From Lama glama (taxonomy: Eukaryota): a stretch of DNA of 64,000 bases. The notes beneath the pieces are model-generated. The model was not told where the DNA came from and ran no database searches. It worked only from the letters and a program-made list of their open reading frames with translations. The stretch is from contig CM052817.1 in the NCBI GenBank assembly GCA_028534125.1, forward strand, positions 14,944,001 to 15,008,000, read 5' to 3'. The position numbers and the translations under genes were made by a program. Positions 53,691-64,000 of the stretch are shown here, piece by piece (the first letter of the stretch is position 1; every line of letters starts with the position of its first letter).

Positions 53691-53805
53691 CACACATATT
53701 CTTTTTCATTACAGATTACTACAAAACATTGAATATCATTCCCTGTGCTATATAGGAGGACCTTGTTATTTATCTCTTCTGTACATAGCAGTTTGTATCA
53801 GCCAA
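53572..53805 (-). mobile_element. L1 3' UTR fragment with internal (CA)/(TA) microsatellite
   Basis: gtatagcacagtggttcagttatatac...tccctgtgctatataggaggacc. Confidence 0.85.
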
Positions 53806-54334
53806 TCTGTATACTTAGTATGGTTTTAAAAAAGAAAATGTTCAAGGCAAAGACTCACACAACCTCAGAGTTTGGCCAGACTTAAAATACTAACAAAAAA
53901 TGTGCTCAATTCCCTGACTAAAGTGATAGAAATCAGTGCGAAACTACTTGGAGAATTCTCCACACTTTGTGCATCTGCGCTTGTGGAGGGGAGGGGGTCT
54001 ATTGCTTTGGCTCTTAGAGGGCTTAAGCACCACTCTGAGTTTACATGTGGGGCAGAGGAGATGCTGTAGCATTTCAGTGCCTACCCAGTGTGGGACTAAA
54101 GACACAGCCAGACCTCTGTGCTGACGCTTTTCATTCTGGAAGTTCTATTTCCAGAATTAAGAGAGATACCTTGACTAGGTCATGGGGACACAAGGTAAGT
54201 GCTGGGGCTTCCTCAGCTGTGTTATTATCACTTTTTCTAATTTAAAAATGGGGCTTTCTGGATTGTCTGGAAGTTGTGTTTAGAAGCTGGGTAGTGTTTT
54301 TACTCAGTACAATTTTATGGTACAGGGAGAATTC

Positions 54335-54361
54335 TGTGTGTGTGTGTGTGTGTGTTTGTGT
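54335..54361. repeat. (TG)n microsatellite about 320 bp upstream of the GBA3 last exon
   Basis: tgtgtgtgtgtgtgtgtgtgt. Confidence 0.9.
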
Positions 54362-54645
54362 TTCTTTGTGTCTGAAAAAGTAGTAGGTATTGAAAAGATA
54401 CGTGTATTGAGTAAATGAATGAATTAATAAAATGAATGTCAAAATGAATGACTAACCAAATATTTAGAATTATGTAATTTAACTTCTTGCGTGAAGCCCC
54501 TGCTTGGTTGAAACAGAAGCTTGGAAAAAAGGGATTGAGACAAGGTGTTTTTCTGTTCCCACTGTGATCCTCTGAAGGAGAAAGATACCCACCCACACTA
54601 GTCATGGATGGTTTTGTCTGTATTCTCATAAAACCTTCTGGGAAA

Positions 54646-54676
54646 TGGTAATTTTTTGGGTTTTTTTGAATTTCAG
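54646..54676 (+). promoter_or_regulatory. GBA3: 3' splice site of the last GBA3 intron (candidate branch point, T-rich tract, CAG acceptor)
   Basis: Sequence ggtaAttttttgggtttttttgaatttCAG|CT; candidate branch A at 54651, about 25 nt upstream of the AG. Confidence 0.85.
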
Positions 54677-54879
54677 CTATCCAAATTGATAAAGTCAATC
54701 TTCAAGTATATTGTGCATGGTCTCTTCTGGATAACTTTGAGTGGAACAAGGGGTACAGCAGCCGGTTTGGTCTCTTCCACATTGATTTTGAAGATCCAGC
54801 TAGACCCCGAGTCCCTTACACATCAGCCAAGGAGTATGCTAAGATCATCCGAAACAATGGTCTGGAGGGAGGTCAGTAG
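54677..54879 (+). CDS. GBA3: Terminal coding exon of cytosolic beta-glucosidase (GH1 family); partial CDS, upstream exons lie outside the window
   Basis: The exon follows a T-rich tract and tttcAG (AG at 54675-54676) and starts with 2 nt (CT) completing a split codon. It then reads [66 protein letters not shown] (TAG at 54877-54879). It contains the GH1 C-terminal [15 protein letters not shown] motif and is nearly identical to the human GBA3 C-terminus as I recall it (...[67 protein letters not shown]). Confidence 0.96.
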
Positions 54880-55570
54880 AAGAGATGGCTGAGCAGTATC
54901 ACCTGGAGAAGAGGCTTCTGCTCTGCTCTCTGAAGGGAAATCTGCTCTGGAGTTCCCTCAGACAACCTCAGGTTGCCTTGGGAATCAATACATCCTACCA
55001 GATGACCCATGATCACAAAGTCTGAATATGTGATGCCTGAATATTTAATGATGGCTCTTACTCTATGTGGATTTTGATCAATGAGCCTTTAAAAAAAACA
55101 AAGTAGAAAATCACCAAAATTAATTTTTATATTAAGAAATCAAATGGACTTGGAAACTTCAGTGTTAATCCTTAGAATTTTTCTGGAAAAAATAAGGCAA
55201 AATCATAAAGACAGCACACTCACGATTTGCAACTCTAACAGCAGACCACTTATTATAAGAATACTTGTTTCTGATCCTATTTTTTCCAATCACATAAGCT
55301 GTTGTTTGCTTTAGTAGATCCATTGTCATGTGGTCCCTAACTTCCTACATTTAATCTAGTATAAAAATCAAAATTAGAAATTAGTCATGTTACATAGTTA
55401 TACATTCTGTTCACCAAAGGGATTAATTGATAACCTACCTAATAAAATGGATTTGTTGATGTATTTGGCACATATTTCATCTATGCATGAACAGTTACAT
55501 CTTTCTCTTGCCTGATGCACTTTTGGAAAATAACAAATTAATAAAATGAATGCGATTGTGAATGACGAAA
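54880..55570 (+). other. GBA3: GBA3 3' UTR (end approximate)
   Basis: AT-rich, repeat-free sequence after the stop codon, leading to AATAAA hexamers at 55441 and 55540. Confidence 0.6.
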
Positions 55571-55633
55571 AGTATTTGAGGGTTGATGTTTATCAGAAAT
55601 TGGATTCCTACTCTAAAGTGACACCAAATTAAA
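55441..55633 (+). terminator. Candidate polyadenylation signals: AATAAA 55441-55446, AATAAA 55540-55545, ATTAAA 55628-55633
   Basis: Canonical hexamers 560-750 nt after the stop codon; GT-rich sequence follows the first two. Confidence 0.55.
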
Positions 55634-58184
55634 AGCAAAATACTAAGCAGAGCATGGTCTCTACTTTTGAGTATTTTTAAATATTAAAGATCTATAAGAA
55701 CATTGGTGGAAATTTTTCATTCTTTTTTATGGCCGAGTAATATTCCTTTGTGTATATATACTGCATCTTCTTTAGCCATTCATTTATTGATGGACACTTA
55801 TGTTGCTCCCAGACTCAGGTGGTATTTACTAAACATTCATGTGTATATCAGGCTTGAAGCAAAGAGTACTATTACCCCCATTTTGCAAATGGAGAAACTG
55901 AGGCCACACTGATATGCATCTTCCTCAATTTACATCAGTGCTTGTTTACTGTACCTGGCACCTCTTTGTCTTCAGTTCTGTTCTCTGCCCAGCACAGTGG
56001 ACGTTGGGGTGCCATGGAAGGCTTCTCTGCATTTTTTTGAACAAGGAAGAAAGAAACAAGGGTGGGGAGTTACTTCATGCAGGAGGACATGGGGAAGGTG
56101 GTTTTCTGTATTCTCCTGATTGGCTGAGGACTCTGCACTTACTTTGCCAGTCTCCTAAGGCTTTGGCTCTGAGCAGACACTTTGTCATTTTTAAAAAACA
56201 CTGGTCAATTTCTGGATCATTTTCATATTCATAATTGGGGAATTACTTACAGCAAAGCACGGTCTCTCAGTAACTTTGAATCAAGTGAGAAAGAAACGGT
56301 CATAGTAGTTCAATAATCTGGATGCACTGGGGAAAATTATATTAAGATTAAAATGGTATACATAGGAAATTCTATTACATCTTTACCACTGGTTTGTTAT
56401 TTTTATTGTTCAATGAGACATTATCTCACAATTTGTGTTCATTTAAAAAGCACATTTCCAAATCTTATTTCATTCCTCTCCTATCCAGCCTGTCTTTTTC
56501 ATTTTTACCATGCATCTTATTTACAATTTATGTGTCCTCCTTACATTATCTTGCAAGACAACTGAGTTTTCCTTTTAATTAGGATGTTGCTTTGAATATT
56601 ACTTATCCTACAGGGCGTATTTACAAGTTTTACAGCAATACAAATGAGCACTGTATTTTCGTTACCAAAACCAGAAAATTAATATTCGTGCTGTAAGTAA
56701 AACGATCTGTCACATTTGGTACCAGGTGAAACAAACAATCTAGCTGCAGCGCCCGGGCTGCCTCACAGCGCGGTGGCCTTGCGTGGTTCTCTTCTGTGTT
56801 TTAAAGGCTGGCTCTTTGTCCCTGTGATGAATCAAACAAAGGGTGCTTCCCTTGTTAGCTCTGCAAATTAGAACTGCCAGGAGGTTAGGGCGAGGACAAA
56901 AAAAAAAAAAATCTACCATCCAAAACCCTAACAGCCCCAACAGTATTTTAATTAATGTTATTTCTAATTGCTTGTATTAGCATTTGAGAACAAAATTGAT
57001 TGGCTTTTGCCCGTCAAGAAAACAGAACTTGGATTCTTTCAACGGAAAAGCAGGAGTTGTTAATTATACTTAAAAATCCATAGATACTGTACTTAGATGT
57101 CTTGAAGCTCATCTGGGGCTTGTACAGCGCGTATTTTATGTCTGTTTTATCTAAGGAGAAACTTGGGTATGACCGTGATGGATTGGATCTACTTGTATTT
57201 CTCTCTACCTTCCTTCTTTGATTTTCCTTTAAAAGGGATTGTGAGCACATGTTATTAACATCCTGGGGATCATTTTTAAAGTATTGGTTTTTTTTTTTTT
57301 TTGATAGTTTTCATTTTAGGGCAAGTCAGTTCTGAATTGCTAAAAACATGCAGAAAGCAACAATTTTGATGTTATTTTCTTCATGTTACTTTTTGATAGG
57401 GCTTTAGTTTTATAACTCCTGTGAACACCACCAGGAAATGTCCACTAAAGCCCTTTATTGAACAAGAAAGTACGAGTTCTTATTAAGAAAGCCATGAACT
57501 AAGATGCCAGCAACATTGGTGCTTGGCGATGGAGTGCCAGTCAGACTTTTGTGGTCTGGGAATTTGTGTTCAGCCTGTAGTTTTTAATTATTTTCATGAA
57601 AGAGGGAATAATGAATACATTTGTAATATATTGAAAAAATTCCCCAGTACTGATTGACCAAAAAGTAGATTTATCCGATAATCCTTAAGCACCAGTTGTA
57701 TTGCTCAGTGCTGAGTAGAAAGCAGAAGACTGAAGTGCGTTACTGAGAGAGCAGAGTAAATCAGAGCTGATGGGATTAATGCTGTCTAATTACTAGCAAG
57801 ACGCCTTACCTGGAGAACGCATATTCATCAGTGATCACAATATTTTAGGCTCTAGTTGTCCCGAGAGGGATATAGTACAGAGCACAAAGCGTGATGCGCC
57901 CCAAAGAATGAAATTAGAAGACATTGTGACATAGAGACACTTTATGGTGGCCTTTAGAACTATGAGTCACAGCAGTACAAGGGGAGAAGAAACCTTATAA
58001 ATTGCAGCAGTTGGTGAGATGGAGGGGCAGTGGAAGTGGTGGGTTAGGTTCCCAATGGTGAAGGTTAGTGAGCGGCTCTTGTGCAGAGTAAACAGAGCCT
58101 GTTGTCCCAGGCTTTCCCAGTGCTATGTGTCACTGGACCTGTGACTGGCTCATCTGACCTTGCCTGAGTGATATGTGTACCTGG

Positions 58185-58400
58185 CATGACAAATGTAGTG
58201 GAATCATTAAGAACACGGACTCTGGAGTCAGTTCACCTGCATTTAAATCCTGGCTCTGACATGTACTAGCTAAGGGACATTAAGCGACTTACTAAGCATC
58301 CCTGTACCTCAGTTTCCCTGTCTGTAAAATGGGCTCCTCACAAGGCTGTTGTGAAAGATAAATAAGCTGATAGATGTAATGTGTTCAGAGCAGCTGGGCT
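58185..58400 (+). mobile_element. MIR SINE, well preserved
   Basis: taagaacacggactctggagtcag...aatcctggctctg...cctcagtttccctgtctgtaaaatggg. Confidence 0.9.
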
Positions 58401-58864
58401 CGAGGAGTGTGAGCTGTTATGTTTAACTTTCAAACTTGCTCACTGTTTCTGGTTCCTGCAGAGGCTTCTGCTCTGGTAGCTTGGGATTCACTGTCTCTTC
58501 AGTTTTTGTGGTAGCATTTTCCCCTGGGGCCTCAGTCTTTAACAGATCTAAGAAGAATTTTAATTATCAGCTTGCTTAGCTTTCTTTTTGTCCTTAGGAC
58601 TGGAGCAATGACTTGCAAGCTCCTTACATATTGGACTGGAAACTGAAAGTTGCCATTATTTTTATAATCATTAGACTCGAAGGTTTCCAGCAGCCTAATC
58701 AGTACACAATTTATTAAACTAAACTGTGCAATACATTGTAGAGGTGCAATACTGCAGGCAGGACTGTACTCCAAAGAAGCTCATGGTCTGGTTAGAGAAC
58801 TTGGATAGAGACATGAAATAACAAACTATGCCAGGTGAATTTTCCAGATGTTAAGAGCGGAGAG

Positions 58865-59509
58865 TGTAAATCAATGAAGCTAGAACACTCCCTCACACCA
58901 TACACAAAAACAAACTCAAAATGGCTTAAAGACTTAAACATAAGACAGGACACCATAAATATCCTAGAAGGAAACATAGGCAAAACATTCTCTAACATAA
59001 TTGTAGCAATGTTTTTCCTAGGCCAAGCTCCCAAGGCAATAGAAACAAAACAAACAAATGGGACCTAATTGAACTTATAAGCCTTTGCACAGCAAAGGAA
59101 ACCATAAACAAAACGAAAAGATAACCTACAGACTGGGAGAAAATATTTGTTAACAATGCGACTGACAAGGGCTTAACTTCCAGAATATACAAACAGCTCA
59201 TGCAGCTCAATAACGAAAAAAAAAAGCAATCTAATCAAAAAATGGACAGAAGACTGAAACACATTTCTCCAGTGAAGACATACAGATTGGCCAATAAGCA
59301 CATGCAAAAATGCTCAATATTGCTAATTGTCAGAGAAATGCAAATCAAAACTAAGATTTTACATATAAATGATATCATTTAATATTAGTATTTCTCTGAC
59401 TTACTTGACTCAGTATAATAATCTCTAGATCCATCCATGTTGTTGCAAATGACATCATTTCATTCATTTTTATGGCTGAGTAGTAATCCTATATATATAT
59501 GTATTCATC

Positions 59510-59544
<35 letters not shown>

Positions 59545-60210
59545 TACATCTTCTTTATCCAGTCATCTGTTGTTGGACATTTAGTTTGCTTCCATGGATT
59601 GGCTATTGTAAATAGTGCTGCTATGAACATTGGGGTGAATATTTCTTTTTGAATTATAGTTTCCTCAGGATATATGCCTAGGAGTGGGATTACTGGATCA
59701 TATATATGGTAAACCTGTTTTTGGTTTTTTAAGGAATCTCCATACTGTTTTCCATAGTGGCTGCACCAAATTTTATTCCCACCAACAGTGTAAGAGGGTT
59801 CCCTTTTCTCCACACTCCCTCCAGCATTTATCATTTGTGGACTTTTTAATGATGGCTATTCTAACTGGTGTGAGGTGATATCTCATTGTGGTTTTAAAAA
59901 AGTGACACAGATGAACTTATTTACAAAACAGAAACAGATTCACAGACATAGAAAACAAGTTTATGGTTACCAAAGGGGAAAGTGGTGGGGGGAGGGATAA
60001 ATTAGTAGTTTGGAATTAACAGATACAAACTACTGTATGTAAAAAATAAGCAACAAGATCCTGCTGTGTAGCACAAGGAACTGTGTTCAATAGCTTGTAA
60101 TAAGCTATAATGAAGAAGAATATCTATATGTGTATAGGTGACCCACTATGCTGTACACCAGAAACTAACACCACGTTGTAAATCAACTGTACTTCAATTA
60201 GAAAAAAAAA
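58865..60210 (+). mobile_element. 5'-truncated L1 with an internal inverted segment (about 59354-59895), inserted in an L2 remnant
   Basis: Sense ORF2 piece (MKLEHSLTPYTKTNSKWLKDLNIR...), then an antisense ORF2-end piece, then a sense 3' UTR and poly(A). TSD is aagagcggagag (58853-58864) / aagagaggcgag (60209-60220). Confidence 0.9.
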
Positions 60211-60624
60211 GAGAGGCGAGAACTCTTGGCTAGCTGAGGTGAGCAGATATGACTCTATGGGCAAGGAAAAATAATATAATATAAAAATAAGGTAATACAA
60301 ATAGTATATGTAAAAATACAGAAGTAGAAAGCATAAAACTTGTTGGCGGTGGGAGGCAGCATTTAGACCAGAAGAGAGCGGGCAGGCTGGGACCAGAATG
60401 TGAAGATTCTCTAATGTTCTTTAAAAACATTCTGGTTTTCTCTTAGAGCAAGGTTGAAGATTTCTGGGCAGGATGGTGGTGCTTTAAAAGCAACAGGTAG
60501 AAAGATGGCATAGAATCAGGGACATAGGAACCAGACAGAAAGCTTTTTGTAGCAAAATTTAGTTGATGTGTTAAGACCTCTTGTTAGGTGGGAAATGCAT
60601 ATAGGAAGAGTTGAAGTATAATTA

Positions 60625-60905
60625 TAATTAATGTATCAAAAGTTCTTAAGAACTGAAATTCAACATGGTCCCTTGGTTGAATCCTGGAACAGAAGAAAGG
60701 ACATTAGTGGAAAAACTGGGACATCCAAATAGATTCTTAAGTTTAATTAATAGTACTTTACCATTGTTAACTTCTTAGTTTTGATAAATACTCCATGGTT
60801 ATGTAAGAAGTTACCCTTAGGGGAAGCTGGGCCAAGTATAGATGAAATGCTCTGGACTCCCTTTGCAACTCTTTTGAAGTATTCCCCCCTAAAAAGGTTT
60901 AAAAA
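60625..60905 (+). mobile_element. L1MC-like 3' end
   Basis: gaatcctggaacagaagaaaggacattagtggaaaaactgg...tgttaacttcttagttttgataaat. Confidence 0.8.
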
Positions 60906-61569
60906 TTGTGCATGGGAAGAGTCAATAACATATTCAGAGAATATATGACATGTAGACATATATAATAATCTACATGTATGGAGACAAAAGAAAAAAAATA
61001 ACCCATGTTAATGTCTCAATTTTTCCTTTTTTCTTTCTCTGGGTTGTGGTATGACAGCTAGTTTTTTTTCCTTCTTTATAATTTCTTTCAAATTTTCTTA
61101 CTTAGTCTCTGTTTTATTTTATTATTAGAAACTAATTTTAAAGATGAACTTCAGTGGCCAGGGTGAGTCATTGGGTGTTGGAGAAATGACAGGTAAGTCA
61201 GCAGTAGCTCTGGAAGGAGACAATGTTTCAACGGACAGAAATTGACAAGTCCGCACATTACTCCATCTAGGTGATGCTTTAAACGCATCATGGCAACAAA
61301 TACTCTTTAAGTACTTGTCACGCTTTTGAGATATTTAAAAATTAATTGCTACCTCTGGTCTATAATCACCAATTTGTTATATCTCCATCAAACATGTTTT
61401 TTTATTTGCCTTCTAGATGGCCCATGACTTGAGGTCTTATTCATCTTAATACTTCCAGTACTTAGCATGACATCTGCCATATCTAAGCAACTTACAAATG
61501 TGTAATAAATCACTGGTGCAGTGGATGTTAGGTAGTCAAATTCTTATTTGCAATGGAAGCTTAAGATGT

Positions 61570-61725
61570 AGACAGACTCATTTAATCCTTTATTATGAAG
61601 TAAATTCTACAAATATGACCCCCATTATCCAGATGAGTAAACTGAGGCAGAGAGAAGATAAGTAACTTGTCTAAACCGTAGAGCTAGTAAGTAGTGGAGT
61701 CAGCGTGGCAACCCAGTCTGTTTCT
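61570..61725 (-). mobile_element. MIR SINE
   Basis: cagatgagtaaactgaggcagagagaagataagtaacttgtc. Confidence 0.85.
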
Positions 61726-64000
61726 AGACATCAAAATGCTACCTCATATTCTTTCTGATAAGGTTATGGCAGAGTCAAGCGTGGCACCCAGTTATTTTCA
61801 GTGACACATGATTTAGCAAAACCACATTTGAGCATAAGATCGTCTAGGTCTCTAAAGCTTCAGCTGATTTTCCATATTTCACAAAGTCATGGATGTGCAG
61901 TTTCTGTCTTTCCTAAGACTTCCATTGTCCACACCAAACACCATTTTCTTTGCTTCTGCATTCATGCCGGCAGCTTTGTTTTTGAATTTCTCTTTTAATA
62001 GACTAGTTTCTCTTCCAAGAAGTGGCACTGACCAAACAAAAATTATTCCCATGAGAAAAGTGCTTCATTTCTGGTCAGCAACAGCACAGATGTGGTTAAC
62101 CACAGATGCGGTCAAGCACGTGACGTGGATAGTGTCAGACGCAGCTCGGGCATTTACGGAACGTGCGCCCTCCAGTGACTTCCTCAGGTCTCGGTTCTAT
62201 TTCCCTCCTCTGTAAAGTGAGAATTAAAATAAAACTACCTCCTTTATAGGACTGGAGTAAGAATTTAAATTAGATGATACGTGTAAGATAACTTAGAACA
62301 CTGTCCACTCAGTGGTAAATACCATGTCCATTATGTGGCAGCTATCGCTGTTTTTTTTCTGTTAATAGTAGTGTGAAGACTCTAAAATCAGGGAAATAAT
62401 GTCAGGCAATCACCTCTTGTTGCAGCCTATCTTGCCTCCTTATTCCTTTCACTTGTACTGAAGCAGTGGTTCGGTGAAGGGCACCTACTGGCAGCTCTAA
62501 GAAAGCAGCTCATCCTTCTGGCCGTGGACTGTATTCTTCCCTGGGCTAGAGTTTCAATCAGTGCTCAATTCGTCCTTTGCTTTCCCAGATCCACCCTGCC
62601 CCGGGGATGGGGGACTGCATTCCAGAAGAGTCACCTGCCTTCTTAAAGCTGCTGTCTGCTGAGTGATTTAGGAGTGTCCTGCTTAACACAGGATTCTGTG
62701 CTGGGCTCCATGTGCCTTTTGTGGGTTCAGATTCCAAGTCAGGCAGAACCAAAAACATTTTATTTACTACTAGCATGGCAACAAAGAAGACCCGTGTAGA
62801 AATAACACCGTGTTTTCCATTGTCTCTCTTTTTTTTTCCCCTCTACGTGAATGACAATACACGGTTCTTATTACTTTAATAGACCATAAACTGATTTGCA
62901 TGCAAGATGGAACTAGTGAAATGGTTTGGCTGAGAAGGAAAATTTTGTTCTCTTCTCCGTGTTTCATTTTTACAGTAGAATGTGCTCTGAAAACCTTCCA
63001 GATCCTCTACCTTCCGATCACACTGTCTATTATAATTCTGCCCGATGGCAAACTTCTCCTTATTGACTCTAAATTACATTTAATCCTGTTAGGATCACTT
63101 TTTATTGAAAGGCATGTGTTCTGATGGCATTGACGGGAGTCCAGAAGCCAAGATGCCCAGCCAGAGGAAAATAAACTCTTGGAGTTTTCTAATGCTTGTC
63201 ATTTTTCATGCTGGGCCCAGCTGTGTAGCCTCTTGAAAGATGCAGAGGATTGGGGTGTTCGGTGCAGAAAACAGTGGGCTCCCGGATGGTGTGGAAAGCT
63301 CTCCACCACAAGGAAATAATCTTTTGAGTCCAGTGGACTGAGAACTAAAGGCCATTTTGAGCTAAGATAGTATAATTCTATTAGTGAAAGACCCTTGCGG
63401 GGGGAAATTGCCTGTGCTAAAATCTGTGCGCAAATTAAAATAGCAGGGCTAAGGGGGGAAATATCTCTATAAAAGGCTTTATGACTTTAGTGATAATGAT
63501 ATCCTTGTCACATTAGGGTCTGGGGACCTAAAGATATAGGAATTTTTTACATAGCATATGTGTCTTCTTTACTGAACTTCAGACTACGCAATACATCTGT
63601 TCTTGGGTGCTTATTTGATGAATTTGAATGCTGTGCTGAGCATACTTTTGTTCTTATCAAGGAAAAGGAGAAAATAGGGACTGAATATCATTGCTGTGTG
63701 TTGACACCTTGTGGGATTGATGTCATCCAAAGGCCCCATTTTGGCTAAATGTATTGCATGTGGAAGTTCCCTGTAATTTACACGGGGTATTTTTTTTGGC
63801 AACAAATTCTCTTAATATTGCTGTTTTGATATGGCTTGTAAAATGTATTTAAATGCACGCCTTGGTTTGGAATGGATTCATTAGGAAGGGATGAATTGAG
63901 GGGGAAAAAAGCTGTCAGCACAAATGCTGTTCATTTTCCCGGGTGACAGACATCAAGAGTCCCAAGGACTGTAACAGTTGAATAGCCGACTGCATGTATC

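Larger units (their letters stand above)
1..54676 (+). other. GBA3: Distal part of the last intron of GBA3 (inferred)
   Basis: No upstream GH1 exon (for example one with the ITENG nucleophile motif) was recognised in 1-54676, and the sequence is repeat-rich and non-coding. From recall, the last intron of human GBA3 is tens of kb long. Confidence 0.75.

Noticed and set aside
54656..54892. 78-aa ORF ([11 protein letters not shown]...) over the GBA3 exon
   Set aside because: It is a shifted reading frame; the GH1-matching frame has its first full codon at 54679, after the splice acceptor.
63770..63785. cctgtaatttaca, resembling the PVIY part of an upstream GBA3 exon
   Set aside because: Only a short match; no ITENG follows and it lies downstream of the last exon.
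1..64000. CRISPR array, operon, prokaryotic-type defence system or other novel multi-gene system
   Set aside because: I saw no regularly spaced repeats or dense ORF clusters; the window is repeat-rich mammalian intronic and intergenic DNA with one recognisable exon.

Overview
This window is mammalian genomic DNA, very likely from a camelid (alpaca, llama or camel), judged from a Vic-1-like tRNA-derived SINE at about 30.5 kb and artiodactyl-type L1 3' ends. The only protein-coding sequence I can support is the last coding exon of GBA3 (cytosolic beta-glucosidase, glycoside hydrolase family 1) on the + strand at 54677-54879. The supplied ORF track misses this exon because it has no start codon of its own. 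Positions 1-54676 are most simply read as the distal part of the long last GBA3 intron. They are followed by a 3' UTR with tandem poly(A) signals (about 55.4-55.6 kb) and then downstream intergenic DNA. The rest is a typical eutherian repeat landscape (L1, L2, L3/CR1, MIR, MLT LTRs, hAT and Tigger fossils, microsatellites), one 500-N assembly gap, and a few repeat-poor blocks that may be regulatory. I found no evidence for a new multi-gene system. The most unusual structure is an L1 insertion with a TSD on each side and an internal inversion of about 540 bp (58853-60220). Repeat subfamily names come from my recall of consensus sequences, and repeat boundaries are approximate unless a TSD is given.
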